Shown here piece by piece: positions 1 to 12,944 of a stretch of DNA of 64,000 nt. The notes under the pieces were generated by a model that ran no database searches, had not been told where the DNA came from, and saw nothing but the letters and a program-made list of their open reading frames with translations. The position numbers were made by a program, and so were the translations under genes. This DNA is from Octopus vulgaris (lineage: Eukaryota), in the NCBI GenBank assembly GCA_951406725.2, contig OX597820.1, positions 22,878,001 through 22,942,000 of the forward strand, read 5' to 3'. Positions within the stretch are counted from its first letter, which is position 1. Each line of letters begins with the position of its first letter.

Positions 1-432
1 TTAGTAACTGATATCCAATGTAACAAAAGGATGCAACTACTGATAACAAACATACAAGATCAGGTCTTTCATATCTCAAGTTTTATGGAAATTGTCACAA
101 AGATCATCATCATCATCATTCAATGTCCGTTTTCCATGCTGGACATATAGCTATTTATAAATGTTCCCATTTATAATTTGAGATATTGGCAGTAAAGATG
201 ATAAGATTGTTAATTGATGGAGGGGTTACAAATAGGACAGAGCTGTGCATTTATATACAAGACAAGGTATTTAGAACACATGGAACTTGGGGTCTGGTTT
301 ATTTATGATACACTCAATAAAGATGAAACCATTAGTGATACCATTTCAACAACCATATCTGCATTTTGATTTCTTTTCTTTCTCTTTATTTTTTTTTAAA
401 TCATGCACAAACAATACTTTCTTTTTAACTAA

Positions 433-570
433 TGGCATTAGGAAGAGCATCCAGCTGTAGAAAATTTGCAGATCAGATTGAGCCTGGTGCAGCCTTCTGG
501 CTCACCAGTCCTCAGTCAAACCGTCCAACCCATGCAAGCATGGAAATGCGGACATTAAACAACGACGACG
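433..570 (+). mobile_element. 5'-truncated SINE with RTE-type tail (family B)
   Basis: ggcattaggaagagcatccagctgtagaaa...ccgtccaacccatgcaagcatggaaa...trinucleotide tail; homologous to 27309-27577. Confidence 0.8.
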
Positions 571-571
571 A

Positions 572-783
572 CTTTCGTTACCATATTGCTATCAACATGC
601 TCTGCTTTTGTTTCAACTGATTTTGAACATAATGAAGACTTCAATAAAATAACTGTCATAATTAAGCTAGTATTTGTAATGTAAATTGACAAGATGCTTG
701 GAAGGTTTCAATTTAAAACACTTTAAAACCAGAAGTTTGTATTCTAGAATCAAAGGCTCTCAGGCAGGTTGGTATCAAAAGGG
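572..783 (+). mobile_element. TTAA-type MITE, family M2
   Basis: ctttcgttacc...ggtatcaaaaggg|ttaa; body homologous to 49727-49942 and 16244-16850. Confidence 0.6.
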
Positions 784-804
784 TTAAACAACGAACTTAT
801 TTTT

Positions 805-1210
805 CATCATCATCATTTAACACTCATCTTCCATGCATGCATGGGTAAGACAGTTCACAGGAGCTGGCCAGGTAGAAAAACTACCCTATGCTACTCTGTC
901 TGTTTTGGCAGGGTTTTTATAGTTGGATGCTATTCCTTACACCAAATACTCTGCAGAATGAACTCAGTACAAGCACAGGCAAGGTTAGTTTTGACATGAT
1001 TTTTACAGATGGACACCTTCCAAATGCCAACCACTTTACAGTGTAGACTGGATGCTTTTTATATGGCACCAGCACTGGCAGGGTCACCAAGTAACTCACA
1101 AGATAAGGAATTATGAGAAGGGCAGGGGCATTTGAGAAAGGGAACTTGTGTCAGAGGATGACAGGTTAGAGGGTGACAAAGAGACAGAGGGACAGAAACA
1201 GGTGTCTTGC
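805..1210 (-). mobile_element. Diverged family-B-like SINE/RTE-tail repeat
   Basis: catcatcatcatttaac...ccatgc...tttacagatggacaccttccaaatgccaaccac motifs, with an internal duplication. Confidence 0.7.
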
Positions 1211-1562
1211 TATAACTGAATTTGATACTAATGGGTTTTATAAATTAAAAGGTAATATACAGAACAGAGAAACTTGGTAACAAGTCTGAGCATGTAACTG
1301 TTATATATCAAATATTCATGTTTATCAAATCTGTAATATATAAAATTTTTTTAGTTGCACATATTCGCACATTTTACCTTATTTGAAAACTTCTGGGTAG
1401 TTGTCAGAAGTTGATATTTCACATATAATGTATTGATATATTAATAGTAAAGTTTAAAACTATTTTATTGATTCCATTCAATCTTTTCTTTGATTTTTAC
1501 CCAGGAAAAGAAAGTCATAAACAGAGTAACATAGAAGTAATATTAAAATTTAAATTAAATCA

Positions 1563-1757
<195 letters not shown>

Positions 1758-2112
1758 TTATAATTATTTTTATCATTATTATTATTATTACTGATAATTA
1801 ATTAGAGGTAGGTACTATTCAGCTGCAATGAATCATTAATAAAGAGAGTCAATGGTCAGGCTTCAATTCATAGCTGAAATCATTTCACAAACATCACATA
1901 CACCCCTGGAAAGACATAAACACAGTAACTCCACATCCTCAAAATTTGAGGATTTTTGTAATATAAGAAAACATCATCAAAAAGTAAAATATATAAAAAA
2001 CAGAATTTTTTTTAAAATATCATAACAATCAATTTAGCTACTCAAAATTCAAAACACTTCCATTCAACTACTTGGATAATTACACTAAATTTACCAAATA
2101 TTCACATTTGTG

Positions 2113-2450
2113 CAGGCAAGGTTGTGTGGTAAGAAATTTGCTTCACAACCACATGGTTCCGGGTTCAGTCTCACTACATGGCACTATAGCTTCGGGCCAA
2201 CCAAAGCTTTGTGAGTGGACTTGGTCAATGGAAAATGAAACAGAAACTATGAATGTGTTTCTCTGTGTTTGTTCACCCCCACCCCTGACAACTGGTGTTG
2301 GTGTGTTTATGTCCCGGTTACTTAATGAGTCGATAAAATGAGCACCAGACTTTAAATAAGTGCTGGGGTTGATGCATTCGACTAAAAATTCTTCGTCTAA
2401 TGACTAAAAGCTCTTCATGGCCACAGTTTGATGACTGAAACAAGTTAACG
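2113..2450 (+). mobile_element. tRNA-derived SINE, family A
   Basis: ggttgtgtggtaagaaatttgcttcacaaccacatggttccgggttcagtc head and gactgaaacaagt tail; homologous to 50077-50480. Confidence 0.85.
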
Positions 2451-4277
2451 ATAAATAATAAAAGATGGTTACAGAGAAGCTCTTTCCAAAGCAGTCTTTC
2501 TTCAGTCATCAACTCTCCCTATTATTTCCATCACACCACATGAAAATATAGGTTGCATGTTTGTGAACAATGTTCATTAACTCAATGATTCAACCAAGTT
2601 TTAGCAAATTCTGAAGAGATTTCTATGACTGTTATAAGCATTTATATTACATTGCTAATTGTTTATTCTTTGGAGATTTGGTTTTAAACAAATGAAATCC
2701 GTTAAAATAACTACAAAACCTATCTAATCTCATTCCGTGACTTTCAGAATAATATTCTAATACCTTATTTAGACTATCTACCAACAACAACAATTTTTTT
2801 TTTTTTTTTTAAATTCTTCTCAACAAAAGCACTGAAACATCTAGTCATAGACATAATATTTAATCACTTATTTTAGAATCTAATCACAAAGTAAATTAAT
2901 TCCTAATCAATCAGTAATTTCCTCTTTGACAGATTAAATCTTTTATTCCTTGAAAGGAATGTGAGAGGTGATCTTACGCATAGGCATTAAAACCTGAATT
3001 AATACTGCTCTCTAAGACACCTTTACAATTAACCTGCATTAATTAGTTAACATATTAGAAACTGATACTGTGGGTTATGAAACGGATTTTTCTTTTTTTA
3101 ATTGAACAAACAGATTATTGTAGTAATTCACATAAAACAAAATGAAGGGCTCTCATAAGAAACAAATAAATTACATAAAAGAATAGTGAGAAAAAGGTTA
3201 ATTAAAGTACAATTGGCTTTTCTCTATTACAAATCTAATCCATTAATTATAACCACTAAAGCAGTATTATTAATGCAATTACTTTACTGTTGACAAATTT
3301 TCTCAGCAAAACTTGAGAGCACACCTATTTAACCAAATAAACTGCTTTTCAGATAATTAAATGCTACATGTTTTATAAGAACTTAGAACAATTGATTGTT
3401 ATAAGGAAACGTTGGCTTCTTACCATTATTTGAGTAAAGAATAACATGCAAGTCTCTAATGGAAACAGTAGCTAATTTATCATATCTAGTGACCCTGTCT
3501 TCACTAAGGTACTTCAATTCAACCTTGCCTTTCTTTCATCCTCCTGAGATACTAGTCCATGGATCGGTACGGCATTAAGAAAGTCAGACTAAATGGCTTA
3601 TGATATTTATTCTGGCTCTTTGCATTCTGAGTTCAAATCCCAACATGGCTTGTTTGGATAGTAGGCTAAATCAATAATCTGATTCAATGTCATGAATTAG
3701 TACTTTGGGTAGTTAGTGTATCTTGGGTACAAGAATTCAGGTCAAGCCTCTGATTTGTGGATAACTTACCCCCCCCCCACAGATTTGAAGATCTGTAATG
3801 GGTCATGGGCTGTGCTTTCCCTCCTGACTAAAGGTCAAAACTCAGACAAAGTCTCTAGTCTTAGTTGTAGAAAGCAAATTTAACTAGAGACTTGACATAC
3901 TGTTGTTTAGACATGGGTCAATCTCAATCAAGTTAATAAAAAAGGTTTATGAGGGATATATCATACCAGCCAGATTAAATCTACTCATACAAATTAATCC
4001 CATTTGCCCATAAAGAATAAAATTTACACTCATTTTTATAGTATTACACACATATATATCTTTTACTTGTTTCAATCATTAGAATGAAGCCATGCTGAGA
4101 AATAAGTCTCTCTCACACACACACACACACATATATCAAACAGTGACAATGAGTACTCAACATTGCATTGGTGGTTAAATACTCCTTACTTGTGGCTTAA
4201 CAAAGCTATCATTGGTTTCAAGCAGAGAGAGATCTCAGCAATTATCAAGCCTGCTACATGGGACATTGGTGCTTGTA

Positions 4278-4280
<3 letters not shown>

Positions 4281-4325
<45 letters not shown>

Positions 4326-4345
4326 TACACACATGTGTGTGTTTG
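4281..4345. repeat. (TA)n/(CA)n microsatellite
   Basis: Seen directly. Confidence 0.9.
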
Positions 4346-6503
4346 TGTGTATTTGTGGGCACATTCATTTACACAAAGCAAATGACTCAAAGTTTTGCTA
4401 TACAAGAAAACTAAAGGATGACATGGTTAATTATTTGCCTTGGATGAATAAACTCCACTAAGGACTCTTCCTCTTATTTGCCCATACAAATAGTGTGTGT
4501 ATGTGTTCAGGCTCTCATGTATTCAAGTACTGAAACATCTTTTTTTTTTTTTTTTTTTTTCTCTAATGGAGGATATTGATGCTCTGGTGAGAGACGAAAA
4601 TTTAATCTGAGTCACTTCCATGCAAAAAGGCTGATTACCAAGGATACAGAACTTTGGCTTCTAGTAAGTTAACTGTATTTTAAATAGTATATCTATTAAA
4701 GGAGCACTCCTTGTTTTCAGTAAAAAAAAAAAGTTTGAATACGTCTATTATAACCAGTGCAATATAAATAAGATCTCGAAAATGCCTGCCAAGGCAAAAA
4801 TAAGTTGGCATAAGTAGAAAACTGGATAACGTCTGAAACAAGATCTTGCTCTTTAATTTCACTCAATGTATAATGTACATACATATATACAGATAATCTA
4901 GCAGCCTTTGTAGATGGTAAGCTGCAAAGCAATCATTATATAAAGTTACATTACTCAAGAACATTCTTTCATAAACATTTCTACTACTACTACTATTACT
5001 ACTACTTCTTTTTCTTCTTCTTCTTCAATACAATTTGATTTCCAAATATGTAACCAAATAGTTGTAGGAATACAATAAGTTTATTTAATCTTTTTTCTTT
5101 TTCAGAGATTCATTTGTAATTCATTAAAATCTTTATCGATTCACATTAATATTTCTTTTGATAACAATGAAATAAAAAATAAAAAAAAAGAATGAATGTT
5201 GTAATTTTCCATTTCCATTTACCTAGACTTCATACAGTCCACGCCTGTGTAAGAACCACATTACTTCAAGTCCACAAGAGAGCCTCTATGTGGACATTTG
5301 ACTTGCTAGAATTAAAACTCATCCGCCCCCACAAAAAATGAAATGGATCTCAGTCAGAATTTCCAACAATGAGGTTTCAGTTATTTGATGACCAGAGCCA
5401 TCTACTCATTGAATTGGTTATGTAAGTGGGTGAGTATTCTACACACCCAAATACACTTAATTCTCAGCCAGAATCAGTATGACATGGTGTAAGAAAGCTA
5501 GGTCTTTGAATTACAAGTACAAACCAAACAACTGACTTCCACATAGTTTCTCCTGACACACAAGACTTGGAGGTGGGGGCATTACCCCAAAACCATACTG
5601 TATCTATACACCCTACCATCTTAAAAACGTTCACACCCTACTGTCTTAAAAATTAACAAATCTCAATCTACCATCTTTAAAAAAAAAGCATATAAAATAA
5701 TTAGGATCAACAATGCTTATGGTAAAAAAAAAAAGACAAGATGGTCATGACTGGAAAGTCTTAATTCAAACAGGGCTGACTTGGAGATATAATAACAATA
5801 ACAAGAATTGTAAGCTATTAGTAAAGGAGTAGACTAGCAAATAAGCCAGAGTGTCATGGAGTAATTAAAAAAAAAATACAGTATTTACTTCTACCCCTCA
5901 ACATTCTGGTGTCAAATCCTGTCATGGCAGACCTTTAACACAGTTGTTGATTAAATTTCTATAAATCCCCTTCAAACTTGCGCCCTTGTGTTAACAAGAT
6001 GCAGTGCTAGAATATTCCTAAATATTGCACCTGGAAAAGTACAGGACAAGCAATAATTAAGCCTGGAAAAGTACAGGACAAAAAACTTAACTATTACTGC
6101 TGAATTTCTGAAATTATGCATCAACAAGTGTGAGTAGTTTCTTTTTTTCTTCTTTTTTTTAAATATCATTCTATGGGGAGCCTTAATCAGTCAAAGTTGA
6201 CCATACATTTGTACATGTATGCACAAGCCTGATTAAGATATTTTGGAGATCACTGGCAGTTACCCAGGCATGCAAGTCCCCACTGGGTTGATATAACTTG
6301 GAATCAGTGTCGTCACAGGTGTTACTGTCAGGAAGTAAACAACCAGAGCAGATATTGGCCCTCTAACGGTCTTGCCAATCCACCACCTTGAAAGAATGAG
6401 AGGCTAAGTTGATCTCAATGTAATCTGAACTAAAAGTAGGGAGGATCAGAAGAAATAAGACATGGCACAAGGTTTTAAAAGCTCAAGCAATTTGTTGCTT
6501 TAA

Positions 6504-7045
6504 CCCTTTAGCATTTAAGCGAGCCATATCCAGCCCAAATATGCTGCCAGTTTTAACTTCACACCAGCCAGATCCAGCCCTTCACACCTACCTTACAATG
6601 TCATTCTAAAATTAAACAATCACATCATTAAATCTCAAAACTACAAGATGATGCATAATCAATTCAAAACAATGTGAATAAATAAACATTGCATTTGACA
6701 GAGGGCACATGGCTTAGTGGCCAAGGTACTTGGCTCACAATTGAGCCAAGTTCAATTCCTGGCTGCATGTATCCTTGAGCAAGACACTTTATTTCTCATT
6801 TCTCTAGTCCACTTAGCTGGTAAAAATGAGTTGTACCTGAATTTGAAGAGTCAGCCTTGTTCCACTGGGTATCATGCTGGATCTTTCTGAGAACTACATT
6901 AAGAGTACACATGTCTGTGGAGTGCTCAACCACTTGTACATTAATTTCACAAGAGGGCTGTTCCACTGATCAGATCAGCTGGAAAAGTAATCATCAAAAC
7001 CATCAGAGTCAGGATATTTGACAGAGTAATCTGAATGCTAATGGG
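6504..7045 (+). mobile_element. TTAA-flanked MITE (family M1, CCC...GGG termini) interrupted by a SINE
   Basis: ttaa|ccctttagcatt...aatgctaatggg; uninterrupted homologue at 17573-17793. Confidence 0.8.
6704..7015 (+). mobile_element. tRNA-derived SINE, family D, with 11-bp TSD atttgacagag
   Basis: A box ggcttagtgg and B box agttcaattcc. TSD at 6693-6703 and 7016-7026. Homologue at 51477-51770. Confidence 0.85.
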
Positions 7046-9272
7046 TTTAAAAAATCACAATATCATGCATATAATCTGTACCCTCAGGATCATCTCTTCC
7101 TGTGCTTCAAGGTATATATAAGCTCACTCATGTTTTACTATTAATACATTGCTTTTGTATATCATCTCCTTTATATACATATGATTTAACCTTGTATTGA
7201 ATGTGCTGTATCTAGTGTATATTATAGTCTGAATATCACACTTATTTGTCTATTCATTTTTTTCAAGTCTAAGTCCTCCTTTTCTGGAGGCTTTTTAATG
7301 TTTTCACTTTTACACATTTTATAAATTTCTTTTTCTGAACCATTATGCTTAAACAGACGGAAGCATGTGGCCTTAGTGTTTAAGGTATTCAGCTCGTGCA
7401 TTTCAATTCCTGGACTGGGTGGCATGTTGTATCCTTCAGTGAAGCAATTCAATTCAAGCTGCTCCTATCTACTCAGCTGTGATGAATACCAACCAGATGT
7501 TGGGGCAGCCCTCCCTCTCTCCCATACTTGTCATATCCAAAATGTTCCCAAGATCGAGAGTAAGAAAGGAGCTGAGGGTGTCTACTTATAACTTCACAGA
7601 CACTGAAAACAATCAGCGAAAGCATTGCAGAAGCTACCAAGCCATACTCACTCAAAGCAGGCTAGATCAAGACCTAGACAGTTTCTCTAGCAGTTTCAAG
7701 CAGCCAGGTTGAAGATTGAAACTTCCACAAGGCTACATGATTCATTAATATTCTAATCGTTTCAGATAACAGAAGATATTGATGAAGATAATTTCTTTAT
7801 TGATAGTTAATGGCTTCTAGATCAGTGCCAGAGATTATAACACTGAAAATATTGTAAAGTTATTGCATTGCTAACACCCTCGAGAAAGGATAAACATCGC
7901 GGTCTTATTCTCCCACCCTTTATAAATCCAAGTCTTCTATGGAAATAAAAAAAAAAAATCAATAACTCAGTAGTTATGAAGTGACTTACAAATTCAATTG
8001 ATAAATAACAGAGCTTGCTAATGTTGAACATCAGTTTATTAATTTTATTTTAAATCAATTTATTAAAACTCAACTGGTTGTTTTTGAATATTACAGAAAA
8101 CAAACAAAGAGTCATGGAAAATACAGAAAAGAACTTATTTAACTAGATTTGTTAATAGCCCATTACTAATTTTACAAGAGCTTCCTCTGCATTCAATCGG
8201 TCATTCACACCCACTTAGTTTCAAGAAACAATGTTCTAAATGCAACAGAGAAAGCAACCAATAAAACAAAAATTAAATAAAATAGCCAGAACTCAGAATT
8301 ATGTTGAAATCAGAATTTCTATAAAAATGTTCCAAGTTAATATTGATAGGATTCACATAGCAAAAGAGGCGTCTAAAATTTCCTCATCGCCTTCAGTTTC
8401 AGGCCAGCTGTTAGATGCACTGATTTTAGCTGGCTTTCATCTTTAAAGAATTCAATGCACCACTGACGTCTTTCATCGAATTTGTTATCGTATTCTGCAC
8501 ACACATACACACACACACACACTTTTCGGATGTACTTCACAATAATGTTTCTCTAAATAGTAATTCATAAAGTACCAGATCAAAGAGAATGTTTTATTCA
8601 ACCAAAAGCATTGTTCTAACCCCCAAAAGGGCTTTAAATCTTCAAACAACAAACCTCCCAACAACTAGGTGTAACATAATCAACATTATTTCAGCTATAT
8701 GGAAAAAAGGAACCAGGAGATAATTACAATAGGCAGTTTGACAAGTGTGAAAGTCTCCTAAAGTAGAAACAGCAACAAATCTGAAAGCTTTCCAGTAGAA
8801 TTTGTCAACATTTGATTGGTTCGACTTTCATATGAAAGTTTGATCATTTAAAAGATGACATGACTAACAACCATTAATTGCTAATTCCTATCAAGGAATA
8901 ATAATGAAAATAAGCCATGGCGATGTCCACAAAAACATGACAGGACAAGTTAATCATGTGAATGGGAAATAAGAATTAAATTCAGGAAACAGCCAAAAAA
9001 AAAAAAAGACCAAAATAAAACGCCAGAAATGAAAATGTATATAATCTTTACTATTGAGGCCTGTTGCTCCCGTCCACCTCCTCTCTACCTCTCCTCATCA
9101 CCTCATCACCTCTGGTGAAGCTAATGTCATCATCATCATCAATGTCTTTATTATCATCCTTATTAATTGCTCTATATTTGCTTTTTCTCATTGTATAACC
9201 CCCAATTCAGTCCTAATTGAATAGTCCTCAGATCAAAAGAGTTCCAACCATGACCATCCCTATATCTTTTAC

Positions 9273-9420
9273 CAGGGCTGTGGAGTCAGAAACAATTAAA
9301 GGGCAACTGGAGTCAGAGTCAGTAAAATAGACGACAATCACTTAATTACATAGAGGAGTTGGAGGTGCCAATAGTAGAGGAGTCAGAGCCAAAGATTTTT
9401 TGCTTCAACTCCAAGGCCCT
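9273..9420. mobile_element. Small MITE-like element with inverted termini
   Basis: agggctgtggagt ... actccaaggccct, with internal ggagtcaga repeats. Confidence 0.5.
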
Positions 9421-9431
9421 CTCTTTTACAT

Positions 9432-9447
9432 TTATATATACATACAC

Positions 9448-9498
<51 letters not shown>

Positions 9499-9511
9499 TA
9501 TATACACACAC

Positions 9512-9544
<33 letters not shown>

Positions 9545-9584
9545 TATATATATATATACACACATTATATATATATATACACAC

Positions 9585-9623
<39 letters not shown>

Positions 9624-9707
9624 TATATATATATATACACACACATTATATATACATATACACACACATTATATATACATATACACACACATTATATATA
9701 TATATAG
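9432..9707. repeat. Compound (TA)n/(CA)n array with higher-order unit cacacattatata...
   Basis: Seen directly; it produces the spurious YI/TH ORFs. Confidence 0.95.
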
Positions 9708-9722
9708 GTACATGCATGGATA

Positions 9723-9884
9723 TAGGCACAGACATGACTGTGTGGTTAAAAAGCTTGTTTGCCAAGCATGTGGTCTTGGGTTCAGTCTTACTACATGACA
9801 CCTTGAGCATGTGTCTTCTTTTATAGCACTGAGCCAACTAAAGCCTTGCAAGTGGATTTGAAAGACAGAAACTGCAAGAAACCC

Positions 9885-9977
<93 letters not shown>

Positions 9978-10230
9978 ATGCACATGCATGTGTCCTTGTC
10001 TAGACATCACATGATGGATATAAATGAACATCATCATCATACAAGTGAGACTGTTCAATTTCCAGTCTTCTGTGAAAAACATCTACCTACGGGAAAATGT
10101 TAACTTGTTTGGAAACAGGTGAGGATTGACAACAGAAAGGACATCCAACCATAGAAAATTTGTCTCAACAAATTTCATTCAATCCAAGCAAACATGGAAT
10201 AGTCAACGTTACATATTGATGAGGAGAGCT
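9723..10230 (+). mobile_element. Family A SINE head, (GT)n at 9887-9976, then RTE-type tail
   Basis: ggcacagacatgactgtgtggttaaaaagcttg head; ggaaacaggtgaggattgacaacagaaaggacatcc tail. Confidence 0.75.
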
Positions 10231-11499
10231 ACACTGCCCAATGTGTACTTCCTTTCTAAGAGAATATGGTTACTATTTCTAGATAGACATCACTCCTATG
10301 TTTTGTATTAAGAAAGAATCCTTTTAACAAGTCATAAGAAATTTTCTAAATAAATAGCATTCTCAAACTCTTCACATTTCCACATCTATTATCGACATTA
10401 AACAATTTTTTCCCTCCTTTCAGTGAAAATGAAATGTTTTGTCATTTCAAAAGAAAAATATCAGATTTTCAAAATTAATAACTTTACAAAGAATTATTCA
10501 TTTGAACAAATTGTATCATTCCTAAGGTTGTAAATGTTCTAATCATAAAAGAATTCTTTTCTTTTAATGTACCAATTGTTTTCTTTCTTTCTTTCTTTTT
10601 TTGTGTTTTTGGTATATCTTCTAAAAAGTATTTTTTCTAGTATTTTTTTTTAAACAAAAACGTTCAAAAGTGTCTTAATTGCAGCTCTGTCTAATTCATG
10701 TCATCATTAAAAAAACACAGGTTAAAAGAATGAAAAGTATTTGAATTAGAGACAGCATAACTATTCTCAGTAGATTTAGTTTCTTTCTGATTAATTTTCA
10801 ACTACTAAATTTTAAAAGACAGGGAAAAGATTGTGCATGAGGTAGCATGAGCAATAATTTTAAATAAAAACATATAGACAGTAGAGGGAACTCTTTAGTT
10901 CTAATAGCTTTCTATTTCTGGTGATATAAAATGCACCCTGTCCATGATAGAAAGTAGTTTGCAATAGAGAGGGCATCCATCCATCCCTCTCCACACCTCT
11001 CTCTCTCTGTAGAAATTAAAACAATAACAGAGATAGGTAATTTTTTGTGTGTATCAAATGATGAAGCAGCATGATGCTGTGCTAAGACAGACTTGTCCAA
11101 ACTATAACAGGGGACGGGGGGGGGGGGGAGAAGACCAAAGTTAAAACAATGATGATGACTGGATTAGCATTTGACACAAGTTTCATTCTCTTCAACACAA
11201 TCTAGATATTAATACCAGTATCCGGTGTACCAAATCAATGCTTCTTTTTATTCTTGTTTTCTTTCTCCTGTCTTTCACTGTTACCACTTCAACTAAAACA
11301 TCATAATTTCCACTTCCATTTCTCCCTTCCTCCCTCTTTCTCTATCTTGCCTGACACTCACCATCATTTCTAGCATCACTATAATCATAAACAACCATAG
11401 TTCTCAGTTTTCACTATCAAAAACCCATGGAAATTCCATGAATTTTGCTAGTCATTCATTAAAATAAATAGCTTAGGTTGAGAATATTGGATCCTTATA

Positions 11500-11559
<60 letters not shown>

Positions 11560-11626
11560 CACCTATTAATAATAATACTGTAATTGTTCCACGTGTTGTT
11601 ATTTTTTTTGTTTTCCCGTTTGGATT

Positions 11627-11692
<66 letters not shown>

Positions 11693-11694
11693 TT

Positions 11695-12065
11695 TTATTC
11701 TTTTACTTATTTCAGTCATTTGACTGCAGCCATGCTGAAGAATCATCTTTAGTTGAACAAATCAACCTCAGGACTTGTTCTTTGTAAGTCTTGTATTCAT
11801 TCTACTGGTCTCTTTTGCCAAACAGTTTAGTTACGGGGATGAAAACACACCAACATCAATTGTCAAGCAATGGTAGGGGAACAAACACAAACACACACAT
11901 ATACAATGGGCTTCTTTCAGTTTCTATCTACCAAATCCACTCACAAGGCATTGATCAGCCCATGGCTATAGCAGAAGACACTTGCCCAAGGTGCCACACA
12001 GTGGGACTGAACCTGGAACCATGTAGTTGGGAAACAAGCTTCTTACCACACAACCACTCCTGTGC
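11695..12065 (-). mobile_element. Family A SINE
   Basis: Reverse complement of the family A head and tail (agacacttgcccaaggtgccacacagtgggactgaacc). Confidence 0.85.
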
Positions 12066-12078
12066 CTATATATATATA

Positions 12079-12944
12079 CAGGGTGTGGTAAATAAATTGT
12101 TGTCTAAATTACGCAAAAATGAAAATAACATTGACATCTCATTTTAATAGATATATTTACCAAAATTACATAAAAATATCTTCAAATACTAAAGAGTAAA
12201 TTTATTCAATAAAATTGCCATTGGCTTCAACCATGGCCTTCAGATGACTTTGGAATCTCCTGCAACTCTTCTGGACAGGCTCCTTTTTTAAGTTGGTGAA
12301 AGCTGCCATAATCCTCGCCATCAATTCATCCTTGGTGTTACATGGAGTTTTGTTGGTCTCTTGCTCAACTGTGCCCCATGCATAATAATCAAGGGGGTTG
12401 CATTCTAGAAGTAAGGTGGCCAGATGTTAACAGTGACGTGGTCACAGAAATTATCTGAAAGTCATGACTAGGTTCTCCTGCTTGATGCAGAGTCCTGTAC
12501 CCAAGCATAGTGTCTTCTAGCAACCACCCTCTTCACCCAGGGCAGTACTACCTCCTCCAGGCATTAGATGCAGGCCTCTGTGTGGAGTCAGAAGCTGTGT
12601 GGCAAGATGAATGGAGGCATAACGTCACCATCCCGAGTGATCATTCCAAACACCATGATGTTGACTGGATGTTTGATTTTTATCACTCTCAGTATGTCCT
12701 CAGATTGACACCCAAATACTCTGAAATGTTTGTATAGGAGCTTCCAGTGCGAATGAATACCAAGCAGTACAGCATGTTGTTTCTAAATTTTTGGCAGAAT
12801 GAATTATGTCAGAGTGCTGTTTTTCTCACAGACAGTGCCCAACTGACCCTATTATATCTTGAGGTCAATAAAATCAAAAGCAAATAAGGCACATGCATGA
12901 AATTAGAAATATAAAATGGCAACAATTTACCCATCACACACCAC
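12079..12944 (-). mobile_element. Internally deleted Tc1/mariner element (DD37D/maT-like) with transposase relic at ~12202-12670
   Basis: TA|cagggtgtggtaaataaattgttg ... caacaatttacccatcacacacca inverted termini. Minus-strand translation LEEVVLPWVKRVVARRHYAWVQDSA...LSDNFCDHVTVNIWPP..CNPLDYYAWGTVEQETNKTPCNTKDELMARIMAAF...AMVEANGNFIE*, with stops and frameshifts. Confidence 0.88.

Noticed and set aside
9346-10103. Long ORFs rich in YI, TH or CV (also at 4163, 11495, 33823, 48635)
   Set aside because: Translations of (TA)n, (CA)n and (GT)n repeats, which contain no stop codons.
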